Part shown: positions 1 through 9,815 of the stretch, in pieces | Layout of the letters: the number at the start of each line of letters is the position of its first letter | How positions within the stretch are numbered: the stretch's first letter is position 1 | Assembly: GCA_021737695.1 (NCBI GenBank) | Contig: JAIPDL010000006.1 | Span: forward strand, 1,126 to 65,125 | Source: Desulfotignum sp. | Lineage (GTDB): Bacteria; Desulfobacterota; Desulfobacteria; Desulfobacterales; Desulfobacteraceae | DNA length: 64,000 bases | Reading direction: 5' to 3' | Program-made: the position numbers and the translations under genes | Notes under the pieces: model-generated | Database searches by the model: none | What the model was told of the DNA's origin: nothing | Seen by the model: the letters and a program-made list of their open reading frames with translations, nothing else

Positions 1-1
1 A

Positions 2-463
2 ATGCGCCTGGGTCTTCTGACCTGGGGTCTGATACCATCCTGGGCCAAAGAGAAAAAAGGAACCGGGCATATCAATGCCAGAATGGAAACCCTGGACCAT
101 AAGCCCAGTTTCAGGGAACCTTTTAAGAAAAGGCGGTGTCTGATCATTGCTGATGGATTCTATGAGTGGAAAGCAGATCCAGAGAATGGCAACAGTAAGA
201 CCCGGTATTATTTTCAGTTGCCATCCAAAGAACCGTTTGCGTTTGCCGGGTTATGGGATACCTGGCAGAAGGATTATCACGGGTGTACCATTATTACCAG
301 GGATGCAGTTGGAAGGGTAAGGGATGTTCACGACCGTATGCCCTGTGTTTTGAAGGCAGAAGCTTATCGGGCATGGCTTGATCCAGCAAACCAGGACGGT
401 CAAGACCGGACAGAACTCTTGTTGAATTCGTGCGAAGTCCAATTCCATCCAGGTTATATTTGA
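2..463 (+). CDS. SOS response-associated peptidase (SRAP/YedK/HMCES family), 5'-truncated by window edge
   Basis: Motifs WGLIPSW, INARxET, RRCLIIADGFYEW, FAFAGLWD, HDRMPxxL. The N-terminal MCGR is absent, so the true start lies upstream of the window. Confidence 0.92.
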   Translation: MRLGLLTWGLIPSWAKEKKGTGHINARMETLDHKPSFREPFKKRRCLIIADGFYEWKADPENGNSKTRYYFQLPSKEPFAFAGLWDTWQKDYHGCTIITRDAVGRVRDVHDRMPCVLKAEAYRAWLDPANQDGQDRTELLLNSCEVQFHPGYI

Positions 464-475
464 TGTTCATTTCAT

Positions 476-497
476 TATGAGGTGTTACTACCTCATA
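476..497. terminator. Short inverted repeat between convergent SRAP and UvrD genes, possible terminator
   Basis: tatgaggt-gttact-acctcata, 8 bp stem. Confidence 0.3.
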
Positions 498-526
498 TCC
501 CTTTTCCCATGGGGTAATACACTCGT

Positions 527-2659
527 TTATAGATAGGGACTCTTTTCTCCATAACTGGTCACCATTACGGTTTTCTTGGCCCGGGTAGCTGCTACAAACA
601 GCAAAGACCGTTCTCGGGCTTCAGCCATCTCTTTGACTGAGATATCATCCGATATGAGATCCGGGGTGGGCAGCGGCACGGTACCTTTGTTGATGCCGCA
701 TAGGATCACGTGATCGAACTCAAGTCCCTTGACGCGGTGCATTGTGGCCAGGCGAACCCCGCTTTGGGACCGGTCTTCCGGGTCAAATCCTGACAGCCGG
801 TATACAGGGATTCCCTTATCTGTGAGGGCGTTTTCATAATCGTCCAGGATCTGATTGGTCCGTGCCACCATGCAGGTGGACCTGAAAATATCATCCGTCT
901 CCCGGATCTGTTCCAGGTGGTCACATATGGCTGACACTTCATCGGCCATGGTGTCGAAGTGCAGCACGGTCGGCGGGGTCCCGTGAACCAGAGAGACATA
1001 CCCGGACAGGCTGTCCTTTCCTCCGTCGAGGTCATCCACGGTGACACCTGTCATGAGTCCGGATGCCCACTGCCGGGTTTCTTCGGTGGTGCGGTAATTC
1101 ACCTTCAAGCGCCGGCTTCTGCCAACGATTTTGATACCGCACTGGCCCAGCACCACTTTTTTGTTGTATATCCGCTGGTGGGCATCCCCCACGATGAACA
1201 GGTCATTGGCGGTTTCCGGGACCATGGCCCGGAGCAGCTTGAAGGCTTGGGCACCCATATCCTGGGCCTCATCCACAATGACGGCGGTATAGGGCAATTG
1301 AGCCCCTTCTTTTTCCATGAGCAGGCGGGCATCCCGCATGGCATCGGCCGGTTCCCGCAAATTGTGCTCCGCCATGAGCATCTGATATTCCTCGAATACC
1401 GGCCAGATCTGCTTTCTTTGTCTGCGGTTCAAGGGGACTCCCCGGCCGGTTCGGGGTGCCTTGACGTACTGGGCGAAGGACGTGATTTCATGCGGTTGGA
1501 TGATCTGTTCCCATTCCTGGTGAAAAAAGCTGTCCGGCAGCAATGGATCATCCGGTTTCAGGGTCAACGCGGTTTTCCACAATTCTGATGTGCGGTCATC
1601 ATATACAATGCGATGATCATATCCGCTTCGCTTGAGAAACCCGGATACCCAGCGGTCCAGGTTGACCACTTCGATATGTTTCATCTGATCTGCTGATACG
1701 ATTTTTTTCAGGTTGCCCTCGATATCTGTGGACAGATTCCGGGTAAACGTGGTGAACAGTATTTTTTCTGTTGAAAGAGAAGCCAGCTGTCCGGACAGCC
1801 AGGCAGCCCGATGCATGGCCACCACGGTTTTCCCGGTGCCGGCCCCGCCCAAAACCCGAACAGGGCCGTTCCAGTCCCGCTCCACCAGTTTGCGTTGCAG
1901 CGGATGCAGAAACACCCGCCACTTTTCCAAAGGCGCGTTGAACATTCTTGCCAACTCATCTTCGGAAGGATCGACCTGAAAGTGCTGCCGGGAAATGGGG
2001 TGCTCCAGGGCCTTGGAAAAATCCTCGGTATCCACGGCTTTTTTCTCTTCTCCGCCGCACTCGGTAAGGATGGCCATGACCTCTGCCAGCGGTTCCCCCT
2101 GGGCCAGCCATGTCAGGGCGGTAAATACGTTGAACGGGACCGCATCCGCCATATCATTGAGCTGGGCCATGCTTTCAATGCCGCGAATCATTTCCAGCTG
2201 GATTTCAGGAACCCCCAGGGCCAGCAGTTCCCGGTCCCGGATATCATCGAACAAACCCACCGGGGTTGATTTCTTGACCTCGGCCGGTTCGGCACTGTGA
2301 AGTTCCACCGTTTCATCCACACAAAACACCTGCACTGTCCCCAGCAGGGGGTTGATTTCACACACCCGGTTTCTTGCCCATTGATAGGCCGCATCATGTT
2401 TGTCCACCCACAGCAGCAGGTACACATTTCCTTTAGATGGTTTGCATACGATTCCCCGGTAATCGTCATCGATGCGCACGGATCTGAGACGGCGGTCTTT
2501 CACGTTTTTCAAGGTCTCATAATTGATGCCGCCGGATGTGGGGTCCAGTCTGAATTTATTGACAAAATTCATCACCTTGGCCTGCTGGTTTTTCGGCAGG
2601 CGGGAATAAGCGGTAAAAAAACTGTCTGAAACCGCCACCGTCATATGTGTCAAAACCAT
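527..2659 (-). CDS. UvrD-like SF1 helicase with N-terminal RelE-like domain; last gene of the DISARM-related (ARMADA-like) operon
   Basis: Walker A GGAGTGKT, DEAQD, GDAHQRIY, NYRTT, TMHRVKGLEFD, VAATRAK. N-terminal ~90 aa resembles RelE (SVRIDDDYRGIV...LLWVDKHDAAY). GGAG RBS; 19 bp from the upstream gene. Confidence 0.88.
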   Translation of the reverse strand: MVLTHMTVAVSDSFFTAYSRLPKNQQAKVMNFVNKFRLDPTSGGINYETLKNVKDRRLRSVRIDDDYRGIVCKPSKGNVYLLLWVDKHDAAYQWARNRVCEINPLLGTVQVFCVDETVELHSAEPAEVKKSTPVGLFDDIRDRELLALGVPEIQLEMIRGIESMAQLNDMADAVPFNVFTALTWLAQGEPLAEVMAILTECGGEEKKAVDTEDFSKALEHPISRQHFQVDPSEDELARMFNAPLEKWRVFLHPLQRKLVERDWNGPVRVLGGAGTGKTVVAMHRAAWLSGQLASLSTEKILFTTFTRNLSTDIEGNLKKIVSADQMKHIEVVNLDRWVSGFLKRSGYDHRIVYDDRTSELWKTALTLKPDDPLLPDSFFHQEWEQIIQPHEITSFAQYVKAPRTGRGVPLNRRQRKQIWPVFEEYQMLMAEHNLREPADAMRDARLLMEKEGAQLPYTAVIVDEAQDMGAQAFKLLRAMVPETANDLFIVGDAHQRIYNKKVVLGQCGIKIVGRSRRLKVNYRTTEETRQWASGLMTGVTVDDLDGGKDSLSGYVSLVHGTPPTVLHFDTMADEVSAICDHLEQIRETDDIFRSTCMVARTNQILDDYENALTDKGIPVYRLSGFDPEDRSQSGVRLATMHRVKGLEFDHVILCGINKGTVPLPTPDLISDDISVKEMAEARERSLLFVAATRAKKTVMVTSYGEKSPYL

Positions 2660-2678
2660 TATCGTCTCCGTTCAGTTT

Positions 2679-5600
2679 TCAGGTTTCCGGGACAGGGGTC
2701 ACGGCCCGGATCACGTCCTCGGGATTCAGGATCACCTGCTCCATGGTGAACAGTTGCCAACCCTGGTTTGTCAGGGTATCCAGCAATCCGGCATTGTTCT
2801 TGTCAACCACCCCCACCTGCCGGTCCTGCCAGGCCAGTTCCAGTTCCCCCAGCACCATCCCGTTGTCTGTAACCTCTTCGCCCACAACAGGAACCGGGGC
2901 CTGACAATTTTCCAGCCGAAGGAGGAGATCTGCAAGGGCCTCATCGGCCAGTTCCCAGACCTCGTTCCATGCACCGGCATCCGGAGTGGCGGGCGCTGCT
3001 GTGACGCTGTCTTGACCTTGTTCCTGTCTGTAGTCCTCATGCGCAGGCGGGGTAAACCCCACATGGGATCGGGTTAACACCAGGCCGTCATACTGATGAT
3101 CTTTCAACCCTTTCCGGGTCAGAAAAATGGTGTGCGGCAGAAACTGCAGCAGGTTGTACGCTCTCAAAAATCCGTTCCACCGGGTTTCGAACCCGGCATC
3201 CCCGTCCAGTGCAGGGTCTTCCACCAGATCTTCCAGAATAGCCACGATGCCCATCTGATCATAGTGTTTCATGACACAGGTTCTGCCTGAACAGGCATAG
3301 CAGGTAATCCCGGGCAGGTCATCCCATTGGGGACCACCCACAATCATCTGCCCATCATGGCACATGAGCGGTTCATCCATGCCCGGGGGCAGCACAGCCA
3401 GATCCTCCCGCCATGATGCCGGTACTTCTGTCGCCGGACCTGCATGCAGGGAAAGGCCGTATACCAGGGCCATGTCCTGCCACACCTGCTTTTCAGGATA
3501 AGACAGAAACTCAAAAAACATATCAAAAGCGGATTTTCCCATAAGCCGGGATTGCTCAGACAGCTTGAATCCCTCCCACACCTTGGTGAGCCGGGAACCT
3601 GCCACCATCCCCCGGGGAGTGAACCAGTCCGTGAACCATCCGGGTTCCAGGTCGTTGAGCTGGGATTTGACATCTTTGTAGGACAGGGACCAGATGTGAT
3701 ACCCCCCGCTTTTCACCAGGGCCATTCGCTGTGCCATGTCTTTTCCTGCCCGGTCCCGGTGAAAGGTGTACCCGTCAGTGAACACCACCACGGGTTTCAC
3801 GGCCGGGGGCTGGCGAACCGGATAAAAAACAAAATCCGCTTTTGACGGAACACTCACCCCCTGGCCCGGACCCAGCTCCACCTGCTGCATCACTTCCCAC
3901 CGGATTTTGTGATCCCCGTCCCCGATGGTGAGAAGAAAACCCGGAGATCCATTGACCACCTTCTTGACCAGTCCCACCGGGATGTCCGGTCTGTGCCGTC
4001 TGCGAACCGCCTCGATGAACAACCGTTCCAGGTCGGAGTCAAACAGGCTGTTCATGGGTTTTTTGGAAAGCGTCGTCACCGGTTCCAGGGTATGGGCCTG
4101 GGCCAGAATCTCCTGAATCATGGCCAGGGCCGTGCGCCGGGAGATGGCAGACAGGGACCGGCTGTTGCGGTAGGCAAACAGGCAGCTGTAACAGCCGTCC
4201 CGGTGTTCATCCGATGCACAGACACAGGTTTCCATGACGGTTAGAGCCGCTTTCAGGATCTCCACCATCCGGCCGGGCTGGATCAGTTCCTTGAGGTACC
4301 CGGTCCCCCCGGGGACAGTGTCATAAATCACCAGGTACTGAATCCGCAGGTCTCCGTCTCCCATGGGTTCGGTATGCAGCATGCCGCGCAGATGATCGAT
4401 ATCCCCGCCGAACTGCTGCTTCATGCCCAGATGAAAGGCCGCGATAAAGGACTGCAACCGCACATCCGTTTCTTCGATACCGCTCATGGGAAGCAGGATT
4501 TTGACCGCTTCCGATGAAAATTCCCGGTACAGGCAGGCAAACTCCAGAAAAGTGTCCTCTTTTTCCTTTTCCCTGGCCGGACAGGTCCAGGTATGGGTCC
4601 GCTTTCCCCGTTCATCCGGCACCTTGCCGCAGTGGCGGCACAGGGTGAATCCGCTGCTCTGAAACGTCTGGCCGGCAACGACAACGGTTTCTCCTTCTCC
4701 CATGGACGGCCCGAAATTGATCTCCCTGAACACGGCTTTTGACAACCAGGTATACCCGAACAGGGTATCCTCGGCCGTCAACTGCCAGGCTTTTTCAGCC
4801 GCTGCCGGTTCATAGTCCATCAGCAGGTGGCGGACATAAAATTCAGGGGACCGTTGATCCCGGTCGTCAGAAATCCGGCTTCGGTCATCCGGGGTGGTGG
4901 CAAACACCTGGCGCATGCGGATCATCTGGAACTGACGGCCGGCATCCGACCACATGGTGTTGCCGCACCGGGGACAGGATGAGGCCGGGGAACCGGTCCC
5001 GGCCAGTTCCGTGTAGGAGCAGGCCCGGCAGCACCGCCATGACTCCACCGGGGACAACTGAAGATCGATCTGATCCACCCGGACACGCCGGCCTCCGGCA
5101 TAGAACACATTGTGAGGTGCCAGTTCCGACAAGGCACTGCCGGCCCCCCGTTCATACTGGAAGTCAAAGGTGTCATAGTGCCGTTCGCCGTCCGACACCG
5201 CTTTTCGGTGCCGGAAAATGATGGAATGAAGGGTCACGCCCTGCTCGGGAAAGGCATAGTTGGGCAAAAATCCTTCGTCCGTGAAAAAATTGAACGTGTT
5301 CTTTCTGTTGATGGATTTGACCAGCTGCTGGAGACCGGCCTTTTCCTGTTTCATCTCCTGGATCTCATCGGTGATGGTGAGGCCCCCGGCCAGATCGTTT
5401 TCCTTTTTTTTGATGGCTTTATAAAGGCTTCTGGCCCGGGACTGCAACCGGTCCCGCTCTTTCACAAGGGTGGTGAGCCCGTTCAGTATCCGGTACCCCA
5501 TGTCTCCGCCGTCCCTGCCGCCGGCAAAGGATTGGACATGGGCTTTGGCAGCATCACTCAAGGCCGGGTCCTTGAAAAGCCCATAAAAATCATCGAGCAG

Positions 5601-8600
5601 TCCGGTCAGCCGGGAGGACACAAATGCCATGAGCGTGTGCGGAAAGCCGGTCTCGTCCTTTTTTTTGACCTGTTCCAGCACCGTGCCAAGATTGACAGGC
5701 AGGGCATGGGCCGGAATACCGTGGGCCACCCAACGATCAAAACAGAATGCCGTGAACTGGCGTTCCAATACCGCTGCCGCATCCAGGAACACACCGGGCG
5801 GATTCACCTGTCCTGCCATCATCATGATGGGGGAGGCAAAGAAATACAGGTCATGGGGATTGAGGTTGGCCACGGTCAGGTTCAGGGCATTGCCGTTTTT
5901 CCGTCCGGCCCGGCCGATGCGCTGGAGATAGCCGGCCTGGGCCGGGGGCACCGAGCATTGAATGGTGGCGGACAGATCCCCGATATCGATGCCCATCTCC
6001 ATGGTGGGGGTGCAGGACAACAGATTGGGTGCCCAGGGTTCCCGGTCTTCTTCCCTGGCTTTAAAGGCAATCTCGATCTTCTGGCGGGTGTCCCGGTCCA
6101 GAAGCCCTGTGTGTTCGCAGGTGAAAAGCCGGGCCACTTCCCCGGACTGGAACAGTTTGCCGTAATAGTCTGGTGTGGTGCTTTCCAGGCGGCAGGCCCC
6201 AAAGCAGCTCTTCCTGATGCAGGGAGCGCCCTCCCAGATGTCGAACTCCGCTTCAGGGGCAGATATCAGATGCCCGCACCGGTCACACCGGAACTGCCCC
6301 AGACGGGTGGTTACCTGGAGACGGTCCGGCACAAGCCCCCAGATGCCATAGCCCCCCACCAGAATCTCTGTCAAGAGCCCGTGGGTCACCATGGACCGGA
6401 CAGCGATTTTCAGGATTTCTCCTGCTGACACGGCATCCTCCAGGGCCTGGGTATGCATAATCAGTTTGTGCACCCATGTGTCACACCAGGTTTTGCGGGT
6501 GGGATGGTACAGACCCAGAAAACGGATAATGCCGTTCTTGTTTCTCAAATCATACCGGGAAGTCAGAAACTTGGGCGCCCGGGTGGTGGGGCCGATCCCC
6601 TGCATCCAGCTGATCCGGTGCGTGGACAACAGATAATCATTGCCCCGGTCCTTGAGGTATGCCTCCAGATAGGGCAGATACACCGCCCCGTTGATTTTCA
6701 GGTGATTGACCATGCCGCACACGAGCCGTTCAACCTGCTTCTCCGTGATATCCCGGCACGCTTCCACTTCGTTGGGCAGGCGCAGCAGCAGGTCCTTGAC
6801 CACGGATGTGCGGGTGTCAGGCTGTGCATGGGCCATGGATACCCCGGATTTTTCCAGGGTCCGGCCGATGCGGGCATCAAAGCCAAATTCCGAATGGATT
6901 TCCCATTTCAGGCGGTTGTTGATCTGGCGGACAAGATTGGATTTGGGTGGGAGGACCCCCCTGGTGACAAGGTGGTCATAGTCGGCAAACCACTCCATGT
7001 TCGGGGCGATAAACGTGGCGATATAGGTCTCTTGTGTCATCTGCCCGGACCAGTAATCGGTGAACCGGTCCGGCAGTTCAGACAGGGGCACCTGTTCCTC
7101 CAGAAGGTCCACCACTTTCTGCAACGCCACTCTGAGATTGAACCCCCAGGTGCGGGCACCGAAAAAACCGGCCCGGTGGGCGGCATCCTGCACGTTGTCG
7201 GAAAAGGTGATCAATTTTCGGTCATCATTGTATGTGGAGGCAAACATCTGGGAAATCATCACGCTGGTAAGGGAGGCGGCCCGGGACCCCATCAGGGTCA
7301 GACTCCGGTGGGCCTGGCAATAGGGACAGGTGGTGGTGGAATTGTCCGGGATGAACACCTGTACCAGATCCGATTCCCCGCAGGAGGGGCATTTACGCCG
7401 GGTTTTGGCGACATGATAATGAAGACAGGCGCCGCAGAACAATACCACCTTACCATTCAAGCCTGCCTGGTTCAGGTTTTCATCCTCGGGAAACAGATAC
7501 ACCGTGCCTTTGTCTTTTTTGGAGAAAAATGCGTTATAGATCTGGCGGAGGTTCGGGATCACGCGGTCTTCGGGCGGTTTTTTCACCCCCAGCCATCCCA
7601 TGGCCCCGCACTCCCGGCAGTGCACCACGGGCAGATGCCGTTTCAATTCAGCATCGGTAAGATCATCAGACCAGGCCAGCCGGGGATCGGTGCCAACGGA
7701 GACCACCATGCGGCCCAACTCTCTGAGCCAGTACTGGACCCGGACATCCACCAGGGCACGGGTGGCTGTTTTTTCTTCCAAATCCGGGTCCCTGTCTAAA
7801 CCAGCACCATCCTGTTCATCTGCTTTGAGCGGACTCAAGGCATGGGAAATGAGGGCTGTCAAGCTGCCCAAAAGCCGTTCCGGGTATCGGATGGTGCCGG
7901 TGTCCGAAGCAGGAAGGATGCCGGACAGCCGGTTCAATATCTCAGAATAGGACAGGATACCGCCCTGGAGCACCTTGACCAAGTTCTGGAACAGGAGGTG
8001 CCCCTTGAGCTGATCTCCCAGCGTAATCCGCCATGGGGTTTCCATGAGCCTGTTTTCGGGGACGGCAATATTGAACCACAGAGGATACTGGGCCGTCAGA
8101 TATGCCTCCCGGGTGGGGTATTGATCCGGGTCCATGATTGTCTCCCGGTCCGGCCCGGGCATAGTCAGGGAGGTGATCATGGCATCGCCCAGGAATTCCC
8201 CGGCGGTCTTGCGTTTTTCCGTGATCAGGGAAGACGGTCCGAAGGGTTCCCCGAAAATTCGTTGAGCATATTCCCGGAGCCGGTCTCCCTGGCGTTTGTG
8301 ACCTAACGTGGCGGATGTACCCACACAGCAGAGCCCTCCTTCCGGGGTGTGCAGCCGGTCCTTCAGCCGCCGGATCAGGCAGGCCAGGTCTGTACCCTGG
8401 GCACCGTCAAAGGTATGGAGTTCATCCACGACCAGAAATTTGAGGGTATCGGCATCATTGTCAGCCCACAAATGTGCATCCTGGGGCCGGGTGAGCAGAT
8501 AATCCAGCATTTTGTAATTGGTCAGCAGGATGTCCGGTGGGGATTTGCGCAGGGTCTCCTTGTCGGAGATGATGGCGGCATCGGTCATCTTTTTGACCGG

Positions 8601-9104
8601 TTCTTTTTCCCGGCTGCCCACATACAGGCCGGCGGTGACATTGCCGTTGAGCGAGGGGGCATTATGGATCAGCCGGGCAATCCGCCCGGCCTGGTCTGTG
8701 GCCAAGGCGTTCATGGGATAGATCAATATGGCCTTGATACCGGGTTTGTGGGCCTGTTCCTGGCAATGGTGTAGAATGGGATACAGGAAACATTCGGTTT
8801 TTCCGGAGCCGGTGCCGGTGGCCACCAGGGTGGAAACGGGCGTAGGGCCGGACAGGTTGTCAAAGGCGGCATCCTGGTGGGCATAAGGCGGAAAAGCCAT
8901 GGTAAAGGAAGAAAAACGGTCTTTGCCGGACCGGCCGGGTTCAAACGGCAGGGACAACGAGAGATAGGGGCCTGAAAAAAGCCCGCCGCCGGACAGAAAA
9001 TGGTCCATGATGCCATGGAAATGCGGGGTGGCAATGGAAAAGGTGGTCCGCAGAAAATCCAGAATCCCCTGTTCAACCTGCTGTACAACGACCGATGGGT
9101 ACAT
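2679..9104 (-). CDS. Giant YprA/MrfA-like DEAD/DEAH SF2 helicase with DUF1998 Zn domain and C-terminal PD-(D/E)XK-like nuclease (~2141 aa)
   Basis: ATGTGSGKTE, YPMNALATDQ, DELH, GTSAT, TPTMEMGIDIG, QRIGRAGR; several CxxC pairs; YDTVPGGTG...CxC...GCYSCL (DUF1998); ADFVFYP...VVFTDGxxFH. ATG at 9104 with AAGGT RBS is preferred over TTG at 9125. Confidence 0.9.
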   Translation of the reverse strand: MYPSVVVQQVEQGILDFLRTTFSIATPHFHGIMDHFLSGGGLFSGPYLSLSLPFEPGRSGKDRFSSFTMAFPPYAHQDAAFDNLSGPTPVSTLVATGTGSGKTECFLYPILHHCQEQAHKPGIKAILIYPMNALATDQAGRIARLIHNAPSLNGNVTAGLYVGSREKEPVKKMTDAAIISDKETLRKSPPDILLTNYKMLDYLLTRPQDAHLWADNDADTLKFLVVDELHTFDGAQGTDLACLIRRLKDRLHTPEGGLCCVGTSATLGHKRQGDRLREYAQRIFGEPFGPSSLITEKRKTAGEFLGDAMITSLTMPGPDRETIMDPDQYPTREAYLTAQYPLWFNIAVPENRLMETPWRITLGDQLKGHLLFQNLVKVLQGGILSYSEILNRLSGILPASDTGTIRYPERLLGSLTALISHALSPLKADEQDGAGLDRDPDLEEKTATRALVDVRVQYWLRELGRMVVSVGTDPRLAWSDDLTDAELKRHLPVVHCRECGAMGWLGVKKPPEDRVIPNLRQIYNAFFSKKDKGTVYLFPEDENLNQAGLNGKVVLFCGACLHYHVAKTRRKCPSCGESDLVQVFIPDNSTTTCPYCQAHRSLTLMGSRAASLTSVMISQMFASTYNDDRKLITFSDNVQDAAHRAGFFGARTWGFNLRVALQKVVDLLEEQVPLSELPDRFTDYWSGQMTQETYIATFIAPNMEWFADYDHLVTRGVLPPKSNLVRQINNRLKWEIHSEFGFDARIGRTLEKSGVSMAHAQPDTRTSVVKDLLLRLPNEVEACRDITEKQVERLVCGMVNHLKINGAVYLPYLEAYLKDRGNDYLLSTHRISWMQGIGPTTRAPKFLTSRYDLRNKNGIIRFLGLYHPTRKTWCDTWVHKLIMHTQALEDAVSAGEILKIAVRSMVTHGLLTEILVGGYGIWGLVPDRLQVTTRLGQFRCDRCGHLISAPEAEFDIWEGAPCIRKSCFGACRLESTTPDYYGKLFQSGEVARLFTCEHTGLLDRDTRQKIEIAFKAREEDREPWAPNLLSCTPTMEMGIDIGDLSATIQCSVPPAQAGYLQRIGRAGRKNGNALNLTVANLNPHDLYFFASPIMMMAGQVNPPGVFLDAAAVLERQFTAFCFDRWVAHGIPAHALPVNLGTVLEQVKKKDETGFPHTLMAFVSSRLTGLLDDFYGLFKDPALSDAAKAHVQSFAGGRDGGDMGYRILNGLTTLVKERDRLQSRARSLYKAIKKKENDLAGGLTITDEIQEMKQEKAGLQQLVKSINRKNTFNFFTDEGFLPNYAFPEQGVTLHSIIFRHRKAVSDGERHYDTFDFQYERGAGSALSELAPHNVFYAGGRRVRVDQIDLQLSPVESWRCCRACSYTELAGTGSPASSCPRCGNTMWSDAGRQFQMIRMRQVFATTPDDRSRISDDRDQRSPEFYVRHLLMDYEPAAAEKAWQLTAEDTLFGYTWLSKAVFREINFGPSMGEGETVVVAGQTFQSSGFTLCRHCGKVPDERGKRTHTWTCPAREKEKEDTFLEFACLYREFSSEAVKILLPMSGIEETDVRLQSFIAAFHLGMKQQFGGDIDHLRGMLHTEPMGDGDLRIQYLVIYDTVPGGTGYLKELIQPGRMVEILKAALTVMETCVCASDEHRDGCYSCLFAYRNSRSLSAISRRTALAMIQEILAQAHTLEPVTTLSKKPMNSLFDSDLERLFIEAVRRRHRPDIPVGLVKKVVNGSPGFLLTIGDGDHKIRWEVMQQVELGPGQGVSVPSKADFVFYPVRQPPAVKPVVVFTDGYTFHRDRAGKDMAQRMALVKSGGYHIWSLSYKDVKSQLNDLEPGWFTDWFTPRGMVAGSRLTKVWEGFKLSEQSRLMGKSAFDMFFEFLSYPEKQVWQDMALVYGLSLHAGPATEVPASWREDLAVLPPGMDEPLMCHDGQMIVGGPQWDDLPGITCYACSGRTCVMKHYDQMGIVAILEDLVEDPALDGDAGFETRWNGFLRAYNLLQFLPHTIFLTRKGLKDHQYDGLVLTRSHVGFTPPAHEDYRQEQGQDSVTAAPATPDAGAWNEVWELADEALADLLLRLENCQAPVPVVGEEVTDNGMVLGELELAWQDRQVGVVDKNNAGLLDTLTNQGWQLFTMEQVILNPEDVIRAVTPVPET

Positions 9105-9155
9105 GGATATTACCTTTGCTGTCAATTCTCAGGTTTGCTGTGTGTCACGGTGGTT

Positions 9156-9815
9156 TCATTGCTTTAACTGTTTCAGGTATAACACCAGTTCATGCACTCT
9201 TGTTGACGGATCATCTGTCGCTGCGGACCGGGAATGGGCCAGTACCTTTTCGGCACGTTGAACCGCCTCATTCAACCGGTTCCTGGTGAGGTCAAAAAGG
9301 GTGGCTGACGCTTTTTCATATTCCGGTATGTATGGCTTCAACTCTTTTATCACATGCATGCACGGTGGCCCCGGGCTATTATAGAAACTTCGGGTGGTCA
9401 TCTTGAAATGCAGCAGTATCCAGAATTCAAAACAGGGAACTGAGGGGACAGCACGCAAGGAATGGGATTTTTTCAGCTTTCTGCGTTTCACCAGATCCAG
9501 GGCTTCCCGATACTGAGAATGCTCGTCTTTGTCGATCACACAATAGACCCTGTCGTAATCTTTGGTGAGGTTGTATTCTTCGATTGCAAATTCCACAACA
9601 TTGCGCGGGGAGGCACCTGCGGTGTTGCTCGGAATCCGGATATTGGCCGTGTTCAGCTGTAGGGACCTGACCAGTCCCTTGAAATATTTTTCTTCGGTTT
9701 CTCCTTCGCAGACAATGAGCACCCTGTCATAGGGAGACCGGCGGGCCTGTCTGCGCTTAAGTTCAGATAATTGCCTTGCTTTGCGTTTTTTAAACAGTTT
9801 GTCTCCGCCACCCAT
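9156..9815 (-). CDS. rloB: RloB family (TOPRIM-like) protein
   Basis: LIVCEGETExxYF, YCVIDKD, SVPCFEFWILLHF, DPSTRVHELV. Start overlaps the stop of the upstream ATPase (TAATG). Confidence 0.88.
   Translation of the reverse strand: MGGGDKLFKKRKARQLSELKRRQARRSPYDRVLIVCEGETEEKYFKGLVRSLQLNTANIRIPSNTAGASPRNVVEFAIEEYNLTKDYDRVYCVIDKDEHSQYREALDLVKRRKLKKSHSLRAVPSVPCFEFWILLHFKMTTRSFYNSPGPPCMHVIKELKPYIPEYEKASATLFDLTRNRLNEAVQRAEKVLAHSRSAATDDPSTRVHELVLYLKQLKQ

Noticed and set aside
5112-7799. Long + strand ORFs (438 and 448 aa) opposite the giant helicase; similar ones at 32084-33298, 38787-40001, 52903-54306, 56687-58288
   Set aside because: Antisense shadows caused by codon bias of GC-rich genes; no motifs or RBS
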